Source of the DNA: an uncultured Oscillospiraceae bacterium
GTDB taxonomy: Bacteria > Bacillota > Clostridia > Oscillospirales > Oscillospiraceae
Reading direction: 5' to 3'
Length of the DNA stretch: 64,000 bases
NCBI GenBank assembly: GCA_947628185.1
Contig: CANQYW010000008.1
Span: 3,354 to 67,353 of the forward strand
Shown: positions 17,935 through 27,213 of the stretch, in pieces
Layout of the letters: each line of letters begins with the position of its first letter
How positions within the stretch are numbered: the stretch's first letter is position 1
Position numbers and translations under genes: made by a program
Notes under the pieces: model-generated
Told to the model about the DNA's origin: nothing
Seen by the model: the letters and a program-made list of their open reading frames with translations, nothing else
The model's database searches: none

Positions 17935-19455
17935 TCACCTCATCGCCCTGGCGATGCTGAATAGCTCCTCCCTCCTCACCGCGTGAAATAGCTGTGAAAA
18001 AGTTATGTAAACTAATATGAATATCCCAACACCCAAAATGAGCCCGACGATCCCGTGGGCCCCACCAGTTATGTCAACCACGCACCGCGTGAGCACGGTC
18101 CCGGCCATTGCGGACACTGCCGAGAGTGCCATACCCCTGACCCCGGCGTTTATACTCGTGATCCTCGAGAGTCTGCCCATGCTCAGCGAGAAGTTGAATA
18201 TCTCCGAGGCATAGAGGATGAAGATATAGCCGTAAACGGCGTATCTCGGCAGGAGGAACCATATAAGGGCGGTTGAAATAAGGGAGTCCAGTATATTCAC
18301 GCCCATGGAGTAGATGTGCTGACCCAGTCCCCGCAGCATCCCGTCGGTTATGTTGTCCATGTACATAATGGGCATGAGCAGCGCAAGGAGCCTTATGTAG
18401 TGTCCTGCCTCGGTGCTTTTGTAGAACACCTCGCCCAGCTCATCCGAAAAACACAGGAGCACACCCGTCACCCCGGCTGAGAAGAGGAAACAGAGTCTCA
18501 AAAGCATATTCGCCGAGGCCGAGATCATCCTGTCGTTCCCCCTCACCTGCTCCTCGGTGAGCTCCGGGACTATGAGTTCCGAGACCGAGGCGAAGAGTAC
18601 CATCGGGAACGTGATTATCGGGAACACCATGCCCTGGATCATGCCGTAACCCGAGAGCGCCGCTTCCGCGCTGGCCCCGGACCTCCGAAGGCCCATGGGG
18701 ATGAGGAGATTCTGCACGGTGTTCAGCGCGACTCTGGCGTAGGCCGTCGCCGCCAGAGGCATGGCTATCCTCACTATCCGGCCTGTGATGCCACTCTCCG
18801 CCGTGACCGGCGTGCCGCGCCGCCCCGGGTCCCGGAGGTAGAGCGCCAAGATAACGAAGAAGGAGAATATCTCCCCCGCCACGCCCCCCATCACAACGCA
18901 GGCGCACATGAGCTCCAGGTTCACCGTCCTGATAGTCCCCAGCAGCAATACGGACACCACAATGCGGCATATCTGCTCGGATATATTTGCGGCGACGGCC
19001 TTGCCCACACGGCATATGCCCGTGAAGTACCCGCCAAGCACCGCGCCGGTGGAGAGAAACGGCAGACTCACGGAGAGCAGCCGCAGCGAGAGGACAGTCC
19101 GGGCGTCCCCTATCACGTTGACGCCGATATACCCCGCCAGGGAGTAGAGAAGTACCGAGGCCATGGAGCCAAAGGCCGCGGAGTAGGCAAGGCACCGGCG
19201 CATCACGGCGGCGGCCCCTCCGGGGCGCCCGCTGCCCACCTCCTCTGACACCAGGCGCGTGGTTGCAAATCTTATGCCGGATATGGCGAAGGTGGTGGCC
19301 AGCGAACTCACGGACATGACGAGCTGGAAAAGTCCTATCCCTGAGGCGCCCATGCGTCTTGAGAGATAGACCTGGAACATCAATCCCAGTGAGCGCATAA
19401 AAAGCGACGAGAGCGTCATCACCACCGTATTTACAAGCAGCCTCTTCCCTTTCAA
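17935..19455 (-). CDS. spoVB: Stage V sporulation protein B / MOP-superfamily flippase
   Basis: Multi-TM MOP flippase (LFMRSLGLMFQVYLSRRMGASGIGLFQLV). I prefer TTG 19455, preceded by GGGAGGTG. A TATAAT box lies inside the longer track ORF (to 19533). Confidence 0.75.
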   Translation of the reverse strand: MKGKRLLVNTVVMTLSSLFMRSLGLMFQVYLSRRMGASGIGLFQLVMSVSSLATTFAISGIRFATTRLVSEEVGSGRPGGAAAVMRRCLAYSAAFGSMASVLLYSLAGYIGVNVIGDARTVLSLRLLSVSLPFLSTGAVLGGYFTGICRVGKAVAANISEQICRIVVSVLLLGTIRTVNLELMCACVVMGGVAGEIFSFFVILALYLRDPGRRGTPVTAESGITGRIVRIAMPLAATAYARVALNTVQNLLIPMGLRRSGASAEAALSGYGMIQGMVFPIITFPMVLFASVSELIVPELTEEQVRGNDRMISASANMLLRLCFLFSAGVTGVLLCFSDELGEVFYKSTEAGHYIRLLALLMPIMYMDNITDGMLRGLGQHIYSMGVNILDSLISTALIWFLLPRYAVYGYIFILYASEIFNFSLSMGRLSRITSINAGVRGMALSAVSAMAGTVLTRCVVDITGGAHGIVGLILGVGIFILVYITFSQLFHAVRREELFSIARAMR

Positions 19456-19565
19456 AAAAGCGCACCTCCCGGGGGTTTCTGTACATTGTACATTATATTT
19501 CCCCAGGGCAGAAAAAATGACGGCGTTATCCAAAGCTGGACAACGCCGAAAGATTATCCATTAAT

Positions 19566-21623
19566 TTAATTGAAAGTGCCCTTATTCTTCTCTATCATCC
19601 CCAGGACGCTGTCCCGGAGGGCGGAATGTTCCGGGGCGGTGAGCTCCGGGTCCGCCACCATGAGGGTCCTCGCCGCGCTCTGGGACTCCTTCAGCATATC
19701 TATATCCGAGACGAAACTCGCGATCTGCATCTCCGGGAGACCGCTCTGGCGGGAGCCGAAGAAATCGCCAGGACCGCGTAGGCGCAGGTCCTCCTCGGCT
19801 ATCCTGAAACCGTCGTTGGTGCGGCACATGACGCTAAGTCTCTGGCGGGCGGTCTCACCCCCTGCCCCCTCAAAGAGCACGCAATAGGACTTATGCTTCC
19901 CGCGCCCCACGCGCCCACGGAGCTGGTGGAGCTGGGACATGCCGAACCGGTCGGCGTTCTCCACCACCATGAGGGCTGCGTTGGGCACGTCCACCCCCAC
20001 CTCTATGACCGTGGTGGCCACGAGGATATCGGCCTCCCCGGCGGCAAAGGACGCCATGGCCTCATTCTTCTCCTTGGGTCGCATCTTCCCGTGGACGAGG
20101 GCGATCCTAAGGTCCGGGAACACGCTCTCCCGAAGCGTCTTGGTGTACTCAAGGACCGATTTGAGGCCGTCGGGGCTCTCCTCCGTCTCCTCCACAGCTG
20201 GGCAGACGATGTAGACCTGGCGTCCCTCCCCCACGAGCCTCCGGATGAAATTATATATGCGCTGTCTCATGTTCTCGCCCACCAGGAACGTGTCGATCTT
20301 CTGTCTCCCCGGCGGCAGTTCGTCTATGACGGAGACGTCCAGATCCCCGTAGACGATGAGCGCCAGGGTCCTGGGTATGGGCGTCGCCGACATGACGAGC
20401 ACGTGGGGCGAGTCTCCCTTATCTGTGAGGGCCGCCCTCTGCTGGACCCCGAAACGGTGCTGTTCATCCGCGACGATGAGCGCCAGGTCCTTAAACTCCA
20501 CGCCCTCCGAGATGAGCGCGTGGGTCCCCACCACAAGGTCCACTTCCCCGGATAGGAGCCTGGCCTTGACCTCCCGTTTCTCCTTCGCCGTGAGGCCGCC
20601 CGTCAGGAGCGCCACGCTGATGCCCAGCGGCGTTAAGAGCGATGAGAGTGTCTTATAGTGCTGTTCCGCCAAAATCTCCGTGGGGGCCATAAAAGCGGCC
20701 TCGTGGCCCGCCCGGCAGACGGCGAATACCGCCGCCGCCGCGACGGCCGTCTTGCCGCTGCCCACGTCCCCCTGGATGAGGCGGCTCATGGGTTTCTCCC
20801 CGGCGAGGTCCCCCATGATGTCGTCTATGGCCCGCCTCTGGGCGCCGGTGAGCTCAAACCGCAGAGCGCCGTTGAAATCCGAAAAATCCGGCGCCGGTAT
20901 CTTTATGCCGCCCTTCTCCCTCTGGCGGGAGCGCATGAACGTGAGGGCGCAGGAGAGGACGAATAGTTCCTCGAATATGAGCCGGCGTCTCGCGAGCTCC
21001 AAACTCTCATAGTCCCTGGGGAAATGGATGTTCTCATAGGAGAACCTGGTCTGGGCCAGGTTATATTTTGCCCGAACCTCGGCGGGGAGTATCTCCGGCA
21101 GCTCGTCGCCGCAGGCGTTGAGCCCCGCGCGGACGGCGTTTGAGACCATGAGCTGCGATAGGCCCGTGGTGAGCCTATATATGGGCACGATGCGCCGTGT
21201 TGTAGCCGGGGCGTTGCGCTCCCTCTCAAAGGCGGGATTTGTCATCTCCGGCGCGCCTATCCGGCCTCCCACGCGGCCGTAGAAAACGTAACTCTCCCCA
21301 GGGGTGAGGAGATTTTTCACGTAACTGCGGTTAAAGAACGTAACCGTCATCATCCCGGCGCCGTCCACCACCTGGACCTTTGTTATATCGAGCCCCTTCC
21401 GCACCCGGCTGAGCCTCGCCGGGGCGGCCACAGTGGCCGCGACGCATACGGATTCCCCAAACTGGAGCTCGGATATCGTCTTGACAGCGCGCCTGTCCTC
21501 ATACGCCCTGGGGAAATCCATGACGAGCTCCTGGAGTGTGGTGATGCCCAGTTTCTCCAGGGACTTGGCCCGGGCCTCGCCCACGCCCTTTATGTACCTG
21601 ACGTTCTGTCCAAGTTCAGCCAC
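19566..21623 (-). CDS. recG: ATP-dependent DNA helicase RecG
   Basis: Wedge domain plus helicase motifs GDVGSGKT, DEQHRFG, QLRGRVGRG. Confidence 0.95.
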   Translation of the reverse strand: MAELGQNVRYIKGVGEARAKSLEKLGITTLQELVMDFPRAYEDRRAVKTISELQFGESVCVAATVAAPARLSRVRKGLDITKVQVVDGAGMMTVTFFNRSYVKNLLTPGESYVFYGRVGGRIGAPEMTNPAFERERNAPATTRRIVPIYRLTTGLSQLMVSNAVRAGLNACGDELPEILPAEVRAKYNLAQTRFSYENIHFPRDYESLELARRRLIFEELFVLSCALTFMRSRQREKGGIKIPAPDFSDFNGALRFELTGAQRRAIDDIMGDLAGEKPMSRLIQGDVGSGKTAVAAAAVFAVCRAGHEAAFMAPTEILAEQHYKTLSSLLTPLGISVALLTGGLTAKEKREVKARLLSGEVDLVVGTHALISEGVEFKDLALIVADEQHRFGVQQRAALTDKGDSPHVLVMSATPIPRTLALIVYGDLDVSVIDELPPGRQKIDTFLVGENMRQRIYNFIRRLVGEGRQVYIVCPAVEETEESPDGLKSVLEYTKTLRESVFPDLRIALVHGKMRPKEKNEAMASFAAGEADILVATTVIEVGVDVPNAALMVVENADRFGMSQLHQLRGRVGRGKHKSYCVLFEGAGGETARQRLSVMCRTNDGFRIAEEDLRLRGPGDFFGSRQSGLPEMQIASFVSDIDMLKESQSAARTLMVADPELTAPEHSALRDSVLGMIEKNKGTFN

Positions 21624-21780
21624 TGAGTCTACCCCCTCAATGTCTCACCAAAATGTTGATCTATGGTGAAATTATAGCATAATAATGGTAGTTTATCAAC
21701 CTGCCCACACGCGGATTTCAGCTTGCCAAAAACGGGATATGATGCTAAAATAATGTTCCAAGATTTTCTGGGGGTATTTT

Positions 21781-22638
21781 ATGCTTGATATAATAATAGA
21801 CGCCGTGCTGGACTGTCTAAAGCTCCTCCCCTTTCTCTATCTCACGTACCTGGTGCTGGAGTACATCGAGGAGAGGGCCGAGGAGGGCTCGCTGAAACTC
21901 GTCCGCCAATCGGGGGCCTGGGGGCCGGTGGCCGGTTCGGCCCTGGGGATAGTTCCCCAGTGCGGATTCTCCGCCTCCGCCGCAAACCTCTTTGCCCAGA
22001 GGCTCATCTCCGCTGGGACACTGGTGGCGGTGTTCCTCTCCACCTCCGATGAGATGCTGCCCATCCTCATATCAAACTCCGTGAAACTTGAGGTCATAGC
22101 GAAGATTCTGGCCGTCAAGTTTATGTCCGGCCTCGCGGTGGGGCTGGCGGCGGACAAGCTCCTCCACCTCTGCCGCCACGAGGACGAGCGCGTGGACCTC
22201 CACGAGATGTGCGAGGAGGAGAACTGCCACTGCGAGGAGCACGGGATATTCCTCTCCGCCCTCGTCCACACCGCACAAATCGCGGGATTTGTGCTGGTGA
22301 TAAACCTGGCGCTGGGGTTCCTCATCTACTTCATCGGCGAGGACAAGCTTGGCGGCCTCATACTCAATAGGCCCGTCGTGGGCCCCATACTCTCCACCCT
22401 CGTGGGGCTCATCCCGAATTGCGCGGCCTCGATAATCATCACCCAGCTCTACCTCTCCGGCGCCATGACCGCCGGCGCCATGGCCGCGGGGCTCCTCTCC
22501 GCCTCGGGCCTCGGGCTCCTGGTGCTCTTCCGCGTCAACCGCCGCGCCATGGGGGACAACCTCAAGATCCTGGCCTGCGTCTTTATAAGCTCGGTGGTCA
22601 TAGGCATCGGGCTCGACATCCTCGGCGTCGTCTTTTGA
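21781..22638 (+). CDS. Polytopic membrane protein resembling the putative 10-TM heavy-metal/manganese exporter (ArsP_2-like) family
   Basis: VPQCGFSASAANLF and IPNCAASIIITQLY paired motifs; Cys/His/Glu-rich central loop (EMCEEENCHCEEHG). Promoter TTGCCA-17-TAAAAT at 21723-21751. Confidence 0.6.
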   Translation: MLDIIIDAVLDCLKLLPFLYLTYLVLEYIEERAEEGSLKLVRQSGAWGPVAGSALGIVPQCGFSASAANLFAQRLISAGTLVAVFLSTSDEMLPILISNSVKLEVIAKILAVKFMSGLAVGLAADKLLHLCRHEDERVDLHEMCEEENCHCEEHGIFLSALVHTAQIAGFVLVINLALGFLIYFIGEDKLGGLILNRPVVGPILSTLVGLIPNCAASIIITQLYLSGAMTAGAMAAGLLSASGLGLLVLFRVNRRAMGDNLKILACVFISSVVIGIGLDILGVVF

Positions 22639-22661
22639 ACCGACGATTTGATATCAAAAAG

Positions 22662-22703
22662 GGACCCGGCAACCGATTTTTCACGGCTGCCGGGTCCTAT
22701 ATT
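22662..22703. terminator. Bidirectional terminator between convergent genes
   Basis: GGACCCGGCA / TGCCGGGTCC 10-bp stem, A-run before and T-rich after. Confidence 0.7.
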
Positions 22704-22726
22704 GCCTAAATTTGCTCAGTTACGGA

Positions 22727-24490
22727 TCAATCGAAACGCTCACGGGCGGCGTAGCTGGTGTGGAGGAGCTCGTGGGCCTTATGGGAGTTGGGCGCGCCCA
22801 GATAGTCCTTGTAGAGCTGCTGGATCTGGGGGTTATTGTGGGACTGGCGGATGGCAAGACGCTCGTCCTCGCTGTAGAGGGCGGCGGAACGCTTGGCCCT
22901 GTAAGTATCAAGGATGTCGGGGGCCTCGTTGGGGAGGAAACAGGGCTTCACATAGGGCTGACCGCCGCCGGCGACGCAGCCGCCGGGGCAACCCATGATC
23001 TCGATGAAGGTGTACTTGCTCTTGCCGGCGCGTATCTCGTCCATCAGGACCTTCGCGTTCTTCATGCCGTGGGCCACGGCCACGTAGATGGTGGAGTCGC
23101 CGATCTCTATGGCGGCCTCCTTTATCCCCTCGAGCCCGCGGACGGCCTCAAACTTTATGAGCTCGTGCTCATGGCCGGTGAGGACGTAGTACGCGGTGCG
23201 GAGGGCCGCCTCCATGACGCCGCCGGTGACGCCGAAGATGACGCCGGCGCCGGTGTAGTCGCCCAGGAGGTCCTGGTCGAACTCCTCGTCAGGCAGAGCG
23301 CGGAAGTTTATGCCGGAGCGCTTGATGAGGTCCCCCAGCTCCCTGGTGGTCAGGACGCAGTCCACATCGGGGAGGCCGTTGGTGACGAGCTGGCTCCGCT
23401 CCTTCTCGAACTTCTTGGCGGTGCAGGGCATGATGGAGACCACGAAGATGTCCTTCGGGTCGAGGCCGTTCTTCTCGGCAAAGTAACTCTTCACTATCGC
23501 GCCGAACATCTCGTGGGGGGACTTGCAGGAGGAGAGATGGTCGAGGAGGTCGCCGTAATTATACTCGGCGTAGTTCACCCAGCCGGGTGAGCAGGAGGTT
23601 ATCATCGGCAGGACGCCGCCGTTCTTCACGCGGTCAACGAGCTCGTTGGCCTCCTCCATTATCGTGAGGTCGGCGCCAAAGTTGGTGTCATAGACCTTGT
23701 TGAAACCCAGGCGCTTGAGGGCCGCCACCATCTTGCCGGTGACGGGGGTGCCTATCTTCATGCCGAACTCCTCGCCGAGGGCTGCGCGGACAGCCGGGGC
23801 GGTCTGGACGACTATGTACTTGCCGGCCTTCTTGGCGGCGTCCAGCTTGCCGATCTCGGACTTCTCCATGAGGGCCCCGGTGGGGCAGACGCTGACGCAC
23901 TGGCCGCAGAGGATGCAGGGGGACTTGGCGAAGGAGCGGTTCTCGGCGGGGGACACTATGGTGGAGAATCCGCGGTTCTCAAAGCCCAGGATGCCCAGGC
24001 CGTGGGCGTTCTTGCAGCGCTCGATGCAGCGGCCGCAGAGGATGCACTTGGAGGTGTCGCGCACGATGGAGGGCGTGAGCTCATCGACAGTTGTGGGGGT
24101 CTTGGCGCCAAGGAACTTATTCTCGCGGGCGCCGGTTATCTTGGCCACGTGCAGGAGCTCGCACTTGCCGTTCTTGGGGCACTGCTGGCAGTTGAGGGAG
24201 TGGTTGGAGAGAAGGAGCTCCACGCTCGTGCGGCGGGCCTCCGCCGCCTTGGGGGAGGAGATCGTTATCTCCATGCCCTCGCTGACGGGATAGACGCAGG
24301 AGGCCACAAGTCCCCTGGCGCCTGTGGCCTCAACGAGGCACACGCGGCAGGAGCCCTGGTTGCACTCGCCGTGGTTGAATGTGCAGAGGGACGGGATCTC
24401 GTAGCCGCAGAGTTTCGCGGCCTCGAGGATGGTGAGCCCGGCCTCTACCTCGTAGGGATAACCCTCGATCTTAATATTTACCTTTGACAT
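22727..24490 (-). CDS. hydA: [FeFe]-hydrogenase catalytic subunit (HydA, group A3 trimeric type)
   Basis: N-terminal 2Fe-2S and 4Fe-4S clusters, H-cluster motifs TSCSPGW, MPCTAKKFE, EIMGCPGGCVAGGGQP. Confidence 0.92.
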   Translation of the reverse strand: MSKVNIKIEGYPYEVEAGLTILEAAKLCGYEIPSLCTFNHGECNQGSCRVCLVEATGARGLVASCVYPVSEGMEITISSPKAAEARRTSVELLLSNHSLNCQQCPKNGKCELLHVAKITGARENKFLGAKTPTTVDELTPSIVRDTSKCILCGRCIERCKNAHGLGILGFENRGFSTIVSPAENRSFAKSPCILCGQCVSVCPTGALMEKSEIGKLDAAKKAGKYIVVQTAPAVRAALGEEFGMKIGTPVTGKMVAALKRLGFNKVYDTNFGADLTIMEEANELVDRVKNGGVLPMITSCSPGWVNYAEYNYGDLLDHLSSCKSPHEMFGAIVKSYFAEKNGLDPKDIFVVSIMPCTAKKFEKERSQLVTNGLPDVDCVLTTRELGDLIKRSGINFRALPDEEFDQDLLGDYTGAGVIFGVTGGVMEAALRTAYYVLTGHEHELIKFEAVRGLEGIKEAAIEIGDSTIYVAVAHGMKNAKVLMDEIRAGKSKYTFIEIMGCPGGCVAGGGQPYVKPCFLPNEAPDILDTYRAKRSAALYSEDERLAIRQSHNNPQIQQLYKDYLGAPNSHKAHELLHTSYAARERFD

Positions 24491-24506
24491 TATCTGTGGT
24501 CCTCCC

Positions 24507-26390
24507 TTATTCCTTAATGATAGCCTTGAACTTGCAGGTGGACATGCAGGCGCCGCACTTCACGCACTTGGCGGGGTCGATGGCCATAGCGGCAAGTTTC
24601 TTTCCGGGCGCCACGTAGTCCGTGCGGGAGATGGCGCCGGCGGGGCAGGCCTTGGCGCACATGCCGCAGCCAAAGCACTTATCGCGCTCTATCTTGTACT
24701 GCATGAGGTTCTTGCAGACGTGGGCGGGGCACTTCTTATCCTGGATGTGGGCCAGGTACTCGTCCATGAAGTGGGTCATGGTGGAGGCTATGGGGTTGGA
24801 GGCCGTCTGGCCCAGGGCGCAGAGGGAGTTGTTCTTGGTGGCGGCCACCAGCTCCTTCAGGTCCTCAAGATCCTGCATGGTGCCCTTGCCCTCGGTTATC
24901 TTGGTGAGGGTCTCCAGCATGCGCTTGGTGCCTATGCGGCAGGGGGTGCACTTGCCGCAGGACTCGTCGCAGATGAACTCCATGTAGAACTTCGCCACGT
25001 CCACCATGCAGTTGTCCTCGTCCATGACGATGGCTCCGCCGGAGCCCATCATGGAGCCCTTCGCCACCAGGTTATCGAAGTCGATGGGCTCGTCGAGGTA
25101 CTCGGTGGTGAGGCAGCCGCCGGAGGGGCCGCCGGTCTGGATGGCCTTGAACTTCTTGCCGTTGGGGATACCGCCGCCGATGTCGTAAATGAGCTCCCGG
25201 AGGGTGGTGCCCATGGGGACCTCCACGAGGCCCACGTTATTTATCTTGCCGCCCAGGGCGAAGACCTTGGTGCCCTTGGAGCGCTCGGTGCCGTACTTGG
25301 CAAACTCCGCGGCGCCGTTTCTCAGGATGTAGGGTACGCAGGCAAGCGTCTCCACGTTATTTACGATGGTGGGCGACTGCCAGAGGCCCTTCACCGCGGG
25401 GAACGGCGGACGGGGACGTGGCATGCCGCGCTTGCCCTCGATGGAGTTTAGAAGGGCCGTCTCCTCGCCGCAGACGAAAGCGCCGGCTCCGAGGCGGATA
25501 TGTACGTTGAAACTAAAGTCAGTGCCCAGGATGTGCTCACCCAGGAGCCCCTCCTCCGTGGCCTGCTTTATGGCGATGCGCAGACGCTTTACCGCCACGG
25601 GATACTCGGCGCGGACATAGAAGTAACCGTTCTTGGCGCCGATGGCGTAACCGGCTATGACCATGCCCTCGATGACGGCCAGGGGGTTGCCCTCAAGTAT
25701 CGAGCGGTCCATGAACGCGCCGGGGTCGCCCTCATCGCCGTTGCAGACCACGTACTTCTCGTCGCCCTTCTCGTTGTAGGCGAACTGCCACTTCCGGCCG
25801 GTGGGGAACCCGCCGCCGCCGCGGCCCCGGAGCCCGGCGGCCAGGACCTCATTTATGACCTCCTGGCGGTCCATGGTGAGTGCCCGGGCGAGGCCCTGAT
25901 ACGCGCCGCTGCCCAGCGCCTCATTAATGTTCTCGGGGTCGATGACGCCGCAGCCGTGCAGGGCTATGCGGTGCTGTTTCTTATAGAAGTTGATGTCGTC
26001 CTGGCGCTGGATCTTCTCGCCGCTGACGGGGTCAACGTAGAGCAGCCGCTCCACTATCTCGCCGCCGATGAGGTCCTTCTCCACTATCTCCTCAACGTCC
26101 TCCATCTTGACCATGCGGTAGAGGGTGTCCTCGGGGAATATCTTCACGAAGGGGCCCTGGGAGCAGAACCCAAAGCAGCCGACCTGGTTCACGGTCACCC
26201 GGTCGTCAAGGCCCTTCTCGTGGATGACCTGGGCGAACTTCTCTCTTATCTCCTTTGAATTTGAGGAGAGGCAGCCGGTACCACCGCAGAGAACCACGGC
26301 GCGCTTGCCCTCCGCGCCCTCGAACTTGCCATTGAGGCAGGCGGAGCATGCGGCGACTCTCTCATGTAATTCCTCAGGTGTCCTTATCAT
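24507..26390 (-). CDS. hydB: NuoF-like NAD(P)H-binding flavoprotein subunit of the hydrogenase (HydB)
   Basis: GRGGGGFPTGRKW FMN/NADH motifs, CGKCTPCR cluster, C-terminal 2x[4Fe-4S]. Confidence 0.9.
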   Translation of the reverse strand: MIRTPEELHERVAACSACLNGKFEGAEGKRAVVLCGGTGCLSSNSKEIREKFAQVIHEKGLDDRVTVNQVGCFGFCSQGPFVKIFPEDTLYRMVKMEDVEEIVEKDLIGGEIVERLLYVDPVSGEKIQRQDDINFYKKQHRIALHGCGVIDPENINEALGSGAYQGLARALTMDRQEVINEVLAAGLRGRGGGGFPTGRKWQFAYNEKGDEKYVVCNGDEGDPGAFMDRSILEGNPLAVIEGMVIAGYAIGAKNGYFYVRAEYPVAVKRLRIAIKQATEEGLLGEHILGTDFSFNVHIRLGAGAFVCGEETALLNSIEGKRGMPRPRPPFPAVKGLWQSPTIVNNVETLACVPYILRNGAAEFAKYGTERSKGTKVFALGGKINNVGLVEVPMGTTLRELIYDIGGGIPNGKKFKAIQTGGPSGGCLTTEYLDEPIDFDNLVAKGSMMGSGGAIVMDEDNCMVDVAKFYMEFICDESCGKCTPCRIGTKRMLETLTKITEGKGTMQDLEDLKELVAATKNNSLCALGQTASNPIASTMTHFMDEYLAHIQDKKCPAHVCKNLMQYKIERDKCFGCGMCAKACPAGAISRTDYVAPGKKLAAMAIDPAKCVKCGACMSTCKFKAIIKE

Positions 26391-26417
26391 TAAACTCCAA
26401 TCCTTTCTTAATTAGCC

Positions 26418-26894
26418 TTAGGCGTTCCTGTAGGACGCGACTATCTCGGGGACATCGCTGACCTTCACCTTGGGATAGACCTTGCCGTTTATCGAGACAG
26501 CGGGGGCGATACCGCAGGCGCCGATGCACCGGAGGGCGTCCAGAGTGAAGAGTCCGTCCTCGGTGGTCTCGCCGCCCTTGATGCCAAGGACTTCGGAGAA
26601 CTTGTCAAATACCTGTCCAGCACCCTTGACGTAGCAGGCGGTGCCGAGGCAGCAGCCGATGACGTACTTTCCCTTGGGCTTGAGGGAGAAGAAAGAGTAG
26701 AAAGTGACGACACCGTAGATCTCAGCGACGGATATGCCGGTCTTCTCGGAGACGAGCTCCTGTACCTCCAGGGGTATGTAACCGTATTCATTCTGGATGT
26801 CGCTGAGGATCATCATTAGCGGCGTGTTCTCATCGGCGTATCTCTGGCAGATCTCGCTGATTTTAACCACGGCGCTCTCACTGAGGTGAGCCAT
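26418..26894 (-). CDS. hydC: NuoE-like [2Fe-2S] subunit of the hydrogenase (HydC)
   Basis: Thioredoxin-like 2Fe-2S pattern CLGTAC...CIGACG. ATG 26894 lies 9 nt after AGGAGG. Confidence 0.88.
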   Translation of the reverse strand: MAHLSESAVVKISEICQRYADENTPLMMILSDIQNEYGYIPLEVQELVSEKTGISVAEIYGVVTFYSFFSLKPKGKYVIGCCLGTACYVKGAGQVFDKFSEVLGIKGGETTEDGLFTLDALRCIGACGIAPAVSINGKVYPKVKVSDVPEIVASYRNA

Positions 26895-26980
26895 AAACAT
26901 AACCTCCTAATATTTTGTGGGGCCGCGGCCATGACCGGGCCAGATTTTGCCCCGGAGCGCATACTCAGGGCATTGTTAGT

Positions 26981-27009
26981 AGAATATCATTCTTTGCCCC
27001 CGCTTGCAA
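26981..27009 (-). promoter_or_regulatory. Sigma-A type promoter of hydCBA
   Basis: Minus strand TTGCAA (27009-27004), 17 nt, TATTCT (26986-26981). Confidence 0.4.
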
Positions 27010-27135
27010 TAGTATTTTTAAGCTTTTTTGCCGGAAACGATTTATTTTTTCTATAATGAGACAAATTTCGGCGTTTTTACCTGTTTTCACCCGTTGCGCA
27101 CCACTAATCTTCCGCAATTTTTTACCGTTAAATTA

Positions 27136-27164
27136 TTGCTAAATGCGATTTGCCTTGCTATAAT
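27136..27164 (+). promoter_or_regulatory. Sigma-A type promoter of nadB-nadC
   Basis: TTGCTA (27136-27141), 17 nt, TGcTATAAT (-10 at 27159-27164). Confidence 0.45.
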
Positions 27165-27213
27165 AATAAATTAAATGTGAACTAATGTCACTATAAAAAA
27201 AGAGGTAATTTAT

